Origin: Craspedostauros australis
Lineage: Eukaryota
Reading direction: 5' to 3'
DNA: 42,145 nucleotides
Assembly (NCBI GenBank): GCA_030167865.1
Contig: JALAGF010005567.1
Span: 1-42,145 of the forward strand
Shown here in pieces: positions 19,617-31,484 of the stretch (position 1 is its first letter; the number at the start of each line of letters is the position of its first letter). Both the position numbers and the translations under genes were made by a program. The notes beneath the pieces were generated by a model, which was given only the letters and a program-made list of their open reading frames with translations, made no database searches and was not told the DNA's origin.

Positions 19617-22128
19617 CTATCTTGAAGTGCTGTTGATACTGCTGCTGCTGATGCTCGCATTGTTGTTCGCGACGATGAATGCCCGCTGCTGTTTCATGAG
19701 GTTGGCATAGTACTGCAGAATCGTCTTCGTGGACAAATTCATTCCATTCCCAGTCCCGCCGCTGCCGTGGCCGTCACCATCGTCGTCTTCATCTTCGTCA
19801 ATCGTATCCTGCTCCATGATCGAACGCAGCTCTTCCCGCAACTGCTCTGTGCGTTTCTCGCGAAAGGAGGAGCCGACGTGCCGCACGAACGGATCGATGC
19901 CAAGTATCCTGGCCTTCACAATCACCCGGTGCTCGACCATCGCAACCAGCTGGCCGCACATGAATGCATCGCACTTGCTGCAAACCAGCACGGTGCTGGA
20001 TCGGTTGCCGAGCGATGCGTCGCCATCGCTTCCGGCTTTGGCAGCTGATCCCCAGTCAAAACTGTCTCGCCTTCTGCCACTCTCGGAGATACCTCCGTAC
20101 CGGCCGGCGCTGCCACCATCCAAGCCAACGTTGTCAGAATCCCGCGCTTCATTCCCAAATGCCAACTCGTCCGCCTGGGCGAACAGCGAGCACATCAGCG
20201 CATCTTGCGTATCGAAAACACGCATCATGTTTCTTTTCCCAATCGTCCCGATGGCGTTGGCCGTCACCTGCGTGTCCAACGTCATGACCAATTCCGTCGG
20301 CAGCGTCCGATCGGTCTGGTACAGAACCCCATCGTATATGTTGTGCAATCCACCGTCAATCACGACGGGTGGCGTCGCGATCCTTGACGTTGTCGTCATC
20401 GGCGTCATCGCTGTAGTTGTCCCAGCAAGTGCCATGGAAGACCCGTTATCATCATTGCGACGCGTGCAGGTTTGCGATTCCATGATGGCACACAGCGCAG
20501 GAAACGCGGCAAGGCTTTCCGTGAACGGTGTCACGATTCGACCGGACGATCCGAGGTAGATGTCGTTCCAAATGTCTGATAAGGCCAGCAGCACCGGCAA
20601 GTTGTGTCGGGGATTGGTTTCCACGAAGTGAGCATCCATGTTGTGGGCACCTTTGATGAATTCTTCCACCACCGGCCATCCGAATACGATCGCAAGTGGC
20701 TACTCGCGTGACGCCAGCGTGTTGCAACGCAGCGAAGCACGGTGTGTTGACGAGCAGAGACAGTGAATCAGACGCAATGATGCCGTTCCACAAAAAAGAA
20801 CAATACACACCCGGCGGTTATCCCCGATGTTAGTTGAAAGGGTGAGCATTCGTCCACAAGTGTGATAACACAGCATACTCTCGCATGCTCAACACGTTAA
20901 CATGTTAACACGTGAACGCCCAACTTACCAGCAACGTCACGGATGTGAAGGATAGGAACGGTTCGAAGTTGGAATGCGACGGGATGCGGAAGACAGATTC
21001 GGATTTGCTATTGGCAGCCACGTTGTCGCTGGCTGTCACCAGAATGACGTGCTTGCTCAACACGCTGTCCGGCCGACGGCCGTTGGTTGTGAGATGGGAT
21101 AGCAGCCAGTTCCTCAGGGTTTGCGTCGCGAGGTTGGTCTCTTCCGTCCCCGTCAGGCTGACGCTGATCACCAAGGTCGATGCCGGGTCGCAATCGGCAA
21201 TGACGGCAGCCACGCGGATGGGATCGCAGGTGGTCAGGAACTTGATGCGCCGCTGCCCGTACGATGACGCCCGCCGGGGGTCGGTAAGGCCGGACCGTCT
21301 TGCGATCGTCCCGGCCTCGTCTTTGACCAGCGCCATGTACACAAATCGCAACGCCATGATGGATACTCCGCGTCCCACAACGACGACATCGCGGAAGATG
21401 GTGCCCGTGGCTCCTGGCAACTGTCCGCGCCTGATGGAGTCGGACACCTGCTTGATACGCTTCCAGTCCTTATGGATTCCATTCAGCACGTTGTTGCCGT
21501 TGGCGTCCAGCATTTGATATCCTTCATCGGCCGGAACTCGCAGCGCGATATGGAACGATGGGATGTCATCAGTGACGGACGCAGCGTTGTTGGCACCGCT
21601 GCCGTGATTGTTCTTGTCAGTCGCTGTGGTCGCCGTGGTCGCCGAGAAGGACGATTTCGACGACGCCGCGTGATGAGACGCAGAGCCATGACCGCGTAAT
21701 CGGTCGTGGCTACCATCGTTGCTGTTGCTGTTGCTGATCGTGCCGTCGTTGTTGAACCTTGTCGACTTGGTCCGAGGCATGCCCGCAGGTGCCGCCAATT
21801 TGTTGCCCTGATTCAGCTCCCCGTTCTGCAGGATGATGGGATTTTCAGGATCGTTCTGACCTCCCCAAGCCAACCGAGTGATGTACTTTCGCAGCTGCCT
21901 CGCATTGGCAAGCCTCATGAGATGGTTGAGCGTGTCGTTGGTCATGCGTTGGCGCGAGATATCGACGAGCAGCATCCTGTCCGGTGTGGGGTTGTACACG
22001 GAGACCAAGGACGACACGCGATCATTGTCGCGGCACAGCTCTTGCAGACGCAATGGCGCAATGTCATCGCGCGCATGACGCTTGAGGATGGCTGCGGCCT
22101 GTTGCGAGGATATTCCGGACGACGACAT
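19617..22128 (-). CDS. Glucose-6-phosphate isomerase-like protein with degenerate active site, 760 aa; exons 22128-20929, 20699-19617
   Basis: PGI-fold landmarks in order: LQELCRDNDR, LVDISRQR, FHIALR, IRRGQLPGATG..FRDVVVVG, DPASTLVISVS, LPLAIVFGWPVVEEFIKGAHNMDAHF, NLPVLLAL, MES, QADELAFG, GNRSST, GQLVAMVEHR. Phase-0 intron 20928-20700. Confidence 0.85.
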
Positions 22129-22659
22129 GTCCTGGGATGGCGCAACGTTGAGCTACGAGTGCGCGCGAGTATTGATGCTCTACCTTTCGCAGCGCATTCA
22201 GCTGTACTTTGTTCCGCTTTGTCGCAGCGCATGGGGATGAGGCCGGAAGCTGCTCATTTTTTGTGTCAAGATACGCGCGACCGTGTGAAATCATGTGCTT
22301 CTGCTCTGCGGGTGGTGTCTCAAATCGTTGAGTTTCGATAGTTTTTGATTCGAATCGAATGAGTCAAAATACCGCGAACTGCAACAACAGGACAACACAC
22401 ATCGCGCACAAGAGTTTCATGTCGACCGACTACGTTGGACAGAGACACGATCACGTTGATGCGCACACTGACACACACCTCCTGAACGCATCACGCTGAC
22501 AGCTAAATTGGAAGAACGGAAACGCTACTGCAAAAACGAGTATCACAGTCGTAGCTCGCGGAGTAGGCAGAATCCAAAGCTCATGCCAAAGGAAGTGCCA
22601 CAACAGAGAATCGCCAACCAACCAACGATCCGACCAACGATCCGACCAGCCAAGCGACC

Positions 22660-23991
22660 ATGTCAACGCAATCACGTCCTCGGACGTCGAAGTCCGCGAG
22701 TGGCAGAGGAACGAGTTCCAAATCGTCGGGATCGAGATCGACTTCCACCTCAAAAGCATCATCAGGAAGGTCGACATCGAGGTCGTCGGCATCCTCACGG
22801 TCATCGTCAGCCTCGCGATCATCGTCAGCCTCGCGATCATCGTCAGCCTCACGATCATCGTCCGCATCCACGAAAGCAACAAAAACCACGATGGCAGCAG
22901 CTGCAGCGGCGGCCACAGCAGCAGTGGCAGCGAAAGCGGCAGAATCCGCAAGCAAGAAGAAGACGATCCCAAACAAGCTCCCGCGCAACGAGGCATCCCA
23001 GCTGGTGTACGATCAGGCCGTGCGGTCCATGCAGGCGGACATGCCGTTGTTGATGCATGGCAGCGGGGATGTCCACATGTCCCAGGTCGATCCCGAATCG
23101 GCGCAGATGGTGGCGGAGCTGACGTTGAACTACATCGGGAATCTGGTCGATGCTGCCGTCGAGGCACACACCATCCTCAATGGCCAGCCGACCAATCTGC
23201 CTCCGCCAGCTCCCTTCTCACGTCGCGTGGCGTCCAAGCCACTTCCGTACTCGAAGCCGGAAGGTGTGGTCATTCGAAGGAACAAGCGCCAGCGCCGTCG
23301 TCGCACAACCGATGAATACTTTGACGAGCCATTGCCGGAACCCAAGATTGCCGGCAAACCAAAAGCATCGTCGAAGGAGGAGGAATTCTTCCACGAGGGT
23401 GTGAACATCGACGAATGGGTGGGCGTGAGCGGTGTTGACATGTGGGAGGAAAGCCGCGTGCGCAAGGCCCACCTGTCCGGACCGCAAACCATCGGCAGCC
23501 AATGCTTCATCTTCCCCATCTGTCACGACAAAGGGATGTACGGCAAGGTGTGCGACATTCAGAAGGCACGCAGAATGGTGGAACCGGTGTTGGTCGACAC
23601 CGTGATCGCCGATGTCCTGCGGGAGGAGAGCAAGGGCGCGTCGTCATTGCAAGGTCCTGTAGGTGCTGCGCGCAAGCGAAAGGGCAAGGCCAAGAAGGAT
23701 GGAGCCGCCGGCAAAAAAGACGCTGCTGGTGACGGGGCAGACGCATCAAAAGGCGACGATGGCGACAACAACAGCAACGACGGTGATGATGATGACGATG
23801 ACGAGAACAAGAAGAATGGCGACAAGAAATCCGACAAATCTAAATCCAACAGCAACGATGCTGGTGACGGTAACAATGATGACGATGGTGACGAAGACGA
23901 CGGGTTGGATCAGGCGGACGCAACCGCCACATGGCCCGGTTTGGACCAGCTTTTGCCCATCTACGAAGCATTGAAGGATCAGCTTGAATGA
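22660..23991 (+). CDS. TAF13/SPT3-like (TFIID-18 kDa family) histone-fold protein with low-complexity termini, 443 aa
   Basis: DMPLLMHGSGD...DPESAQMVAELTLNYIGNLVDAA resembles the TAF13 pattern 'LMYGFGD..P..ESV..LEDLV..YI'. FIFPICHDKGMYGKVCDI resembles 'FLIRKDPRKxARVxEL'. Confidence 0.65.
   Translation: MSTQSRPRTSKSASGRGTSSKSSGSRSTSTSKASSGRSTSRSSASSRSSSASRSSSASRSSSASRSSSASTKATKTTMAAAAAAATAAVAAKAAESASKKKTIPNKLPRNEASQLVYDQAVRSMQADMPLLMHGSGDVHMSQVDPESAQMVAELTLNYIGNLVDAAVEAHTILNGQPTNLPPPAPFSRRVASKPLPYSKPEGVVIRRNKRQRRRRTTDEYFDEPLPEPKIAGKPKASSKEEEFFHEGVNIDEWVGVSGVDMWEESRVRKAHLSGPQTIGSQCFIFPICHDKGMYGKVCDIQKARRMVEPVLVDTVIADVLREESKGASSLQGPVGAARKRKGKAKKDGAAGKKDAAGDGADASKGDDGDNNSNDGDDDDDDENKKNGDKKSDKSKSNSNDAGDGNNDDDGDEDDGLDQADATATWPGLDQLLPIYEALKDQLE
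22801..22872 (+). repeat. 18-bp coding tandem repeat (SSSASR), about 4 copies
   Basis: tcatcgtcagcctcgcga x2, then tcatcgtcagcctcacga and tcatcgtccgcatccacg. Confidence 0.9.
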
Positions 23992-24469
23992 ATAAATGAA
24001 TGGATATATGCTTTTTCAATAGATGCACGGTTAGATTCACATGGAATAGAGTACTCTATGGAAGGGTGAAGTCATTTGTTGTTGCTGCGCCTGTTATTGT
24101 TCGGCTAACAACAATCAGTCACCCTCTGGAAAGATGGACCTAGTCTCGATCTAGACTTCAATTTGTATCCGCGACTCATTCGTTCACGTCAACAAACCAG
24201 CACACGATTTGCACGTGTGTGACGTGGCGAACACGACAGCAAGCGCGCAAAAAGATGAAGCGCAGAAATTCACTTTTCTGCAACCGAAAAACGTCAGAAT
24301 TCTCTGTTCGCAATGCGCATCCACGCTCACAACGCAACACACACAAAAACGAAAAGGATTCTGCGGGAGCCCTGTGGAGCATGATACATCCGAGCACTCG
24401 CGCCAGAACACACCCCACAATTCCTTCCACCAAGCATTTCCATCGCAATCCAACGACAAGCAAGACATC

Positions 24470-25187
24470 ATGTTCGCCTCGTCCCGTCTCTTCATCGTTG
24501 CATTGGTAACAGCAGTCGCCTTTATCTCCAGCGTCGCGCATGGTTTCACCGTTGGCCCGACGACAACAACAGCAGTATCCTCGCGATGCAAGTCGTCGTC
24601 CACCGAATTGGGCATCTTCAAGAAGATCGGGGAGATGTTTGAAGAATTGGACAACTTCATGGACGATGCCACAGCCCGAAGATTAGGTGCTGGTTCCGCC
24701 TTTTACGGCAAGCGCAAGAGCTCCTTCTACGGCAAGGACGACAAGGGTCGCAAGCGTGATCCTGGCATGCCTGATCCATCTGGTACGTGACGATGATGCA
24801 ACCATCATCATGGCATCACGCATTTGTCCTCACTGCCTTTGTGACTCACCCCCATGCCTTCGCATTCCTTCTTTCCTTCACAACTTCCCCACTTTCATTT
24901 GCCAATCCGCCCATCCATCTATCATCTCATGCCCCGATCATCTGACGCCGACGCCCGCATCCAATGAATCAATCGTTCACCCATTCGTTCGTATTCCAAC
25001 CGGCACAGAGGATTTCCAAGGACCAGCATCTGGTGGGCTTTACAAATGGATTCAGAATGATGAGGGTCGCATGGTGCCAGTCTCCAGACGACGCAACACG
25101 CCTCTTGAACGTAATCCAAAGTTCTGGGACCGCTTTTACGAACAGCAGGCGGAGGAAGGAACCAAGGACACAGTGACCAAGAAATAA
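24470..25187 (+). CDS. Plastid-targeted protein of unknown function, 163 aa; exons 24470-24782, 25009-25187
   Basis: Presequence MFASSRLFIVALVTAVAFISSVAHG/FTV...STELG. Phase-1 GT..AG intron 24783-25008 joins PDPS-EDFQGP in frame. Confidence 0.8.
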
Positions 25188-25625
25188 GCATCATTCGATT
25201 CAGCACGGGGTGTTGCCGATGCAGACACGATGGTGCGCGATGTTGGCCCTGCTCATATGTACATGAACGCACAAAGCAGACGAATGGGCTCTGCACATCG
25301 AAGGCTATTATATGAACAGGAACACCTGTTGCAAAGCGACATCACGATACCCCTTCCCAACCTACGCGGATGGCGATGGATGATTCCTGACAACCGTGGA
25401 ATTCCGAACAACAACACTGCGCACGGGGCAGTAGTCGATAACGCACCGAATGTACAGCTTGGCATTCTTTGCCAAGGCACCATCTCGACAGCACCGTTCT
25501 TTTTTTAGCAAAACAGCAGGGGAGGAATGAATACTCATCAACAGTTCTGATACGACGATGTGTGTGTCTTGTTGGGAGGGCAACACTTAATAAAATGGCA
25601 GTTGAAACCATGCTTTACCGTCTGA

Positions 25626-28600
25626 CTACTGCTTCGCGCCATTCTTGAGCTCGAACATGGCAACGCTTCCATCTTCTGCCCCCGTGCAGCAAATGCACTT
25701 TGCGGACCCCTCGATGAAGTTTCCAATGTACGCCAACGTGATGCTGGTGATGCCAGGCGACGTCTTGCTGTTGTTGACAGCTTTCCACAAGGTTGGATTC
25801 GTCGAGAAGGATCCATCGCCTCGCACCTGGATCAGTCGCAGCCCACCATCTGCGCATCCAATCAACAGTATACCTTCAGAGTATGTCAGGCATTGGATCT
25901 GTTGTAATCGCCGTGAAGGGGGCGCCCACATGAAAAGGATGTGAGCGTGTTTGTATCGGAGACACAGAGCGCAAAAATGTGGGTAGAGTACGTGGAGTGT
26001 GTGAGCTATGTGTATGTGTGCGCGGGAGGTGATGCTCGAGTAGAGTATGTACATCGGACAAGGCCCTGATGATTGCACATGCAATGTGTTGTCCTCATGC
26101 TCTGCGTCGCGTGCCTGTGCAGCACAACGGCAACACAAACTGCAAGTACGCCCAATCCAATCCAATCGAAGCAACCAGACAAAACGAGACAAAGTATGAC
26201 AACTTACAGCGACACCAACAGAGACAGCAGCTATCCTTCGCATGGCGCCATCCATCAGCTCGTGCGTGGCAACCTTGCCGGTTGAGAATCCGGTGAATAA
26301 CTGTACCCTGTTCTGTATCTGCGTCCATCGGACGACTGAGCATGGACCGGAACCTCGCTTCGCGGTTTCCTTGTGGATGACCACTTTCACTGTGGGTGGG
26401 CGTTTGTGCGTGTGTACATATGTGTAAGTGTCCAGGGGAATATGTAGATTGCAAAGGTGTTATCAGTGTGAGTGAACGCATCGGTCGAAAGCATGCAATA
26501 ACACGTTGGACCTCTGATGCCAATCAGACCTGCTCAATCACAAGACAAGCCATATGCGTAAGCGTAAGCACAAGCGCACAGACACATGCATGAATAGGCA
26601 GACATCCACACTCTCACACAGGTTCGTACTCACCGCCATCACAATGCAGATTCCACACACAGAAGCTGCCGTCCGCGCATCCGGCGGCGATGACGATGCT
26701 CTTGTCGGCCAAGGCATGCGCTGACACGGAAACGATGGAGGAATCAGCGTCGAACAGCTCGGCCAGCGGTTCACGATTGATCGATACCGTTTCCCCTGTC
26801 GATACGGTGACTGACCAAACCTTGACCGTGGCATCCCAGCTTCCACTTATCATGATGTGTGTAGAGTCCTGTCTCCACAACACGGATGGTGGGTTGGTGG
26901 GGTTGCGTAGGATCAGATCCAGCCCCGTCACGGCATCACGATGAGAATACACGGATGCGACGGCACAAGCCGAGTTGATGCCGTAGGCCAGGACCACATC
27001 ATCGTGACCACCGGCAAATGCCACCTGGCCGCCTTGACCGTCGCTGGTCAAGGCCAAACACGCCAGCGGGTCTCTTGAGGTATGTGATCGGAATTCTGTC
27101 AACTTCGTCTGGAGGGAGTTGCTCTTTTCGGTCTTGGACATGGAGAGGTAGGAGAACCGGCTGAGTGTGCTCGTGAATCCCTTCGACTTTTGCTCCTGCG
27201 ATTCTGTTGCGCCGGTGGTCACGTGATGGACCTTCAGTCCACCGTCCAACGATGTAGTGGTCAGCGTCGACCTCGTGGACCCGACGTTATCTTGATGCAG
27301 ATGGCAACCACTGATGGCCTCGTCGTGCAAACGAATTCGCTCGATGATCTTGATGTCCCAATTGGAAGAAACTGCAACCGATGCGGTCACGGTCGAATTC
27401 ACCTTGGTCAGACCCAGGGAACCTTGCATTCCTCCGCTGGCACCGCCAGCACCTGCCGAAGATGTATTGGACATGGAGTTCTGAATGTTCATATCGGAGA
27501 ATGCGCCGGTTCCGACGGGCTGGTTGACGTCGCCGGTCCCGCTCAGTTGCAGCGACTTTCTTCCATTCTGATCGTTCCTCCCCTTCGTACCATTGCCACT
27601 GAACGCGTCGCCCTTTTCATTCGAATTGCTATGCCGATTGTCTGGTGCACCTGCTTGTGCACCTTCCACCGAATCCAACCTATTCGTGTCCTCCAAATCG
27701 GACGATGAATGCACAATGTCGACCACAGTGCCCGCGCCGTTGTGATGCGCTGCGCTGATACCCAGTCCTGACTCGTGCGATGGTATGTCCAGCAGCTCCC
27801 ATGCGTCGCCCTTGCTGTCCTCCCCATTCATGCCGCTCATGGTGCGTCCCAAGTCACGATGGATGAAGCTATCATCCACTGTCTCATGCTGCAGCGGATG
27901 CGGTCCGACGAACAGCTGATCTGGCACGATACCGAATTCCGTGGCCTGCAGCTCTGCCTGGAACCGTTCTTCGTCTGACGCCATGTTGCTCCAATCGGCT
28001 GGTCCCATGTACGCGCTGCTATGGAAGACGTTGTTGGCCTCCCGGGCGGCGTCGCCACGGGACTTGTTTCCGAAGATCAAGTCAATCCATCGGGGGAGCA
28101 TGTTGGTGCAGATTTCCGACTCCAGCGCACGGTTGTGCTGTCTGATGAAGTCACGCGGGGATCTTGCCCAGTTCGGCAAGATGACATCGTCGACGCGGTC
28201 TCCCATCTGCGTGGCGCCCAATTGCAAGCTCTTGATGTTCATCAGGAAGGAGTCGTAATTGGGTGTGAAGAATTCAGGGATCAGTTCCTTCACATCAGCG
28301 TGATTGGTCAGAACGCAGTTGTAGCAGTTCTCCACGTTGTGGAACATGCGATCAGGTGCGTCGAACTTGCCTGTGCACGTATGGGAACAACTCAAAATAA
28401 AGAGGAAGATGAGGAGAGGAGATGCGCATTCTGTTAGTACCGCTACAATGCTCGCATTCGCAGGAGTTTGTACGAAGAATCAAGTGTTCCTGTGGTTGCG
28501 TTTGTACAAGTGGAGCCACGTCGCTCTCCAACAAAGAATCATTCCTTCATTCATTCAATCGTCAGTCAACCGTTCCAGCCAACTGCAACAATCTTGCGCA

Positions 28601-30558
28601 GTACTTGTGCGAAGACAAGAGGACTCACCATTTTGCAGGCACAGCATGTGCTCCGGCATGTTCCTCATGAGGTAGTAGAGGACGTATCCAGCAGCCGAGT
28701 AGTGAGTTCCGTACAGGAAGGGTGTGAGACCCACACCTTCCTGTCCTGCGCTGTGAAGATTGGTCTCCACCATGCTTTGGTATCGTTGCTGGAAGTACTC
28801 CAATCGTTCTGGATTCAAGGCGCCCATGGGTTTCGTCAAATCGCGGAAGACCTTGGGATCGTTGATGTCCAATTTCTCGCTCGTGTAATCCGTGATAATC
28901 CAGGGGAAGACGGGATACCGCGATAGGTCATGGGTCGTCCGGCTGGATGCGGAATTCAGCAAGAGTAGATATTCGTAATTGGTGATGGATTTGTTCTGCC
29001 ATTCTTTGGTAGCTTGAACAACAAACTCCCGATCCGTGTGGCACGGCACGTTGTTGGGCAGCAATCGCAGGAACTGCTCCCGCTCGTGCTTGTTCCGCAG
29101 TTCGAATAGCGTGGATCGCTGCTGCGAATAGCTGGCGCTGCGACTGCCGCCGGCAATACTGTTGGTGCCGCTAGCCCTGCCTTTGGCGCCACCGGTCTTC
29201 CAGAACACCTCAAGTCCATTGTCCTGTAATCCGTGGTACCGACGTGCCGTGGCGATGACATCACCTTGATCCCAATACATGGCGCGGCTGGCATGGTGGG
29301 TTGCGGAGGAGGTCGTGGCATCGGACAGCACGCCATGCGCTGGCTGGAAGTAGATGCGTTCGTGCGTGACGACCAAGCAGCCTGGGTGCTTTTGCAATGG
29401 CTGGACCACGTGACACCTCAGGTTGCTGGAGAGCAGAGGTCGTTCTCGGACGTCGAGGAAGTTGGTTGGATCGAAGGGGCGTTCGTACATGGGGCGCAGC
29501 AAGGCCTGCATCTCCTTCTCGGCCTTGCTGGATGCCTTGTTGACCGATTTGTGCGTCGATTCCAGATGCAGGATATTGAAGAGCTTGTTGCAGAGATCGA
29601 CCAACGTACTGGGCTTGGAGTGCAGGAAAGTGAATCTGAACTGAGTTGGAACAGCGACGCTGGACGTCGGGCCGATCTTGTTGTTGGTTTTGCAACAGAG
29701 ATGCTTGAAGGCGAGGAACTCGACGCACATGGGCTCGTAGCTGCCGGTCTTGTTGGCGCCGACAGATGCGAGATTCGTGGATGGGAATTCCTTCGGCGGT
29801 GCCTCCATCTGAACGAAGGGGCAGCGAAGGATCGGGCGCGACAGATCGTCCGTTGGCTCAAAGACGACGGAGCGACTGCAGAGATGCAAGCGGCCCTCGA
29901 TCTTGGTCATGTGCACCGTGGGATGCGTGTCCTTGTTGACCGGCTGATCGTCCTTGTTCCGTTGCTTTTGATGGGATGCGCGGAAAGCCGTCCCGGCCAA
30001 CCCCTTCTTCTTGTTCCGTTTGCGTGACGACGATGAAGCGGAGGTCTGTGCCACCCACTGCGTCTTGTTGGCGTTGCCACCGTGAGCACCGTTACCAGAA
30101 CTCCCACTGCCGCTGCTTCCATTGGCGGCACCGGAGTCGCTCCTGCCAAGACCGCGCGGTGACGAGGCTGCCAAAAAGGGGTTTGCCTTGCCGGGCGTGG
30201 TGTACGCGATGACCGCCCAATCCTGGATGTGCTGCTCTCCATGCTCCAGCAGGAGCGACGAAAAGCGGCTGCGACTGCCGTTGTCCAAGTCGAATAGGAA
30301 TGAATCAGAGAAGCGGTTCTTGGGCGGGTACAGCGCCTTCACGGCGTCCTTGATGGACCCCTTGGCGGATCCGTGGCCGTTGCTGCTGCTGCTGCCGCTG
30401 TTGATGTTCATGTTGCCATTGCCACCGACGTTGCTGTCTGCGGAGGTAGCATTGCGGTGGTTGTATTCTTGGCTGAACGGCTGATGGGCCGTGTGAACGC
30501 CTCCGCCTCCGCTTCCGCCAGTGGCACCAGCCCCGCCACGAAACCACAGCCCCGACAT
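25626..30558 (-). CDS. FAN/NSMAF-like PH(GRAM)-BEACH-WD40 protein, ~1373 aa; exons 30558-28629, 28370-26634, 26389-26208, 25898-25626
   Basis: RFSSLLLEHGE, GRLHLCSRSVVFEP, PGCLVVTHERIYFQP, RRYHGL. BEACH motifs WQNKSITNYEYLLLLN, DLSRYPVFPWII, FRDLTKPMGAL, YGTHYS, QNG|KFDAPDRMF, DVKELIPEFF, WIDLIFG. C-terminal WD repeats (SGSWDATVKVW). All three introns are GT..AG and preserve the frame. Confidence 0.88.
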
Positions 30559-31484
30559 TCTGGATTCTGAGCCCAGCGGCAGCAATCAGCAAGAAAGAAG
30601 CGTAGTTCGGCGCACGGCCGTGTTGCAGGTGGATCTCGCGGTGCCTGTGGAGCTGTGACACAGCCAACTTTTTCTCTTGGCCGCTATGTGCTGCTATATG
30701 CTGCTATTATATGCTGCAAGTGTTCTTGCTCTTGGTATTATTCTATTGTATTGTTGCTGCTCTTCGTACTGGTACCTTGCGTGTCGCGCTCCGATGGATG
30801 CGAGGAACTCTCTGACACTCCAAGTGTCCACGCTGCGTGCCTGTTCAATGACAGCCCAAGATGATGAGACTCAACGAACACCAGGTCTTCAACGAGGGTG
30901 GTATCGGATAGCACTCTCTGTGAGGTGTGCTTTGCCTTGGTTTTGTGTCCTCCCTCTCTCTTGGTGAAGATGGATGTTCTTGGTGGCACCCCACCCAGCC
31001 GTGGTGTCAGTCTCCGCAATCAACCAAACCTGACCGGCGATGGACCAAGAACGAAGAACAAGACCAGATCTCGTTTCGCTTCTTGGCTCCTTCGTGTTGT
31101 TGTTCCATCCACCTCGAGTTTGCGCGCACAATCCACGGCAAAAAAAACGACGTTATTCTGCGGTTACGTTGATCGACAGACAATCATTCGTGTTGGTCAA
31201 ATCGCAGGACCCAAACAGCGCCAAGTTGAGTCGTGTGTGCCAATCTTCATCTGAAAATGACCCCTATCTTCCCTCCCTCTAAAACTGTCATGCGATACGA
31301 CAAGATGCCATAGATCGTACCAAGCCACCTTCTACTCTGCTTGGAGCAACAAAACACAAGAAAAAGAAGAACAGAGGGTTATTATACATGTATACTTGGA
31401 TTTGTGGTGCCACCGGTGCTCAAATCAAAAGGAAGGAGAGGAGCTGTTCCTCTTGTGATGCGAGACTTTGCTGCGTTCTTTTGG

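Noticed and set aside
22801..22872. CRISPR-like repeat array
   Set aside because: The units are directly adjacent with no spacers, lie in frame within a eukaryotic CDS, and no cas genes are present.
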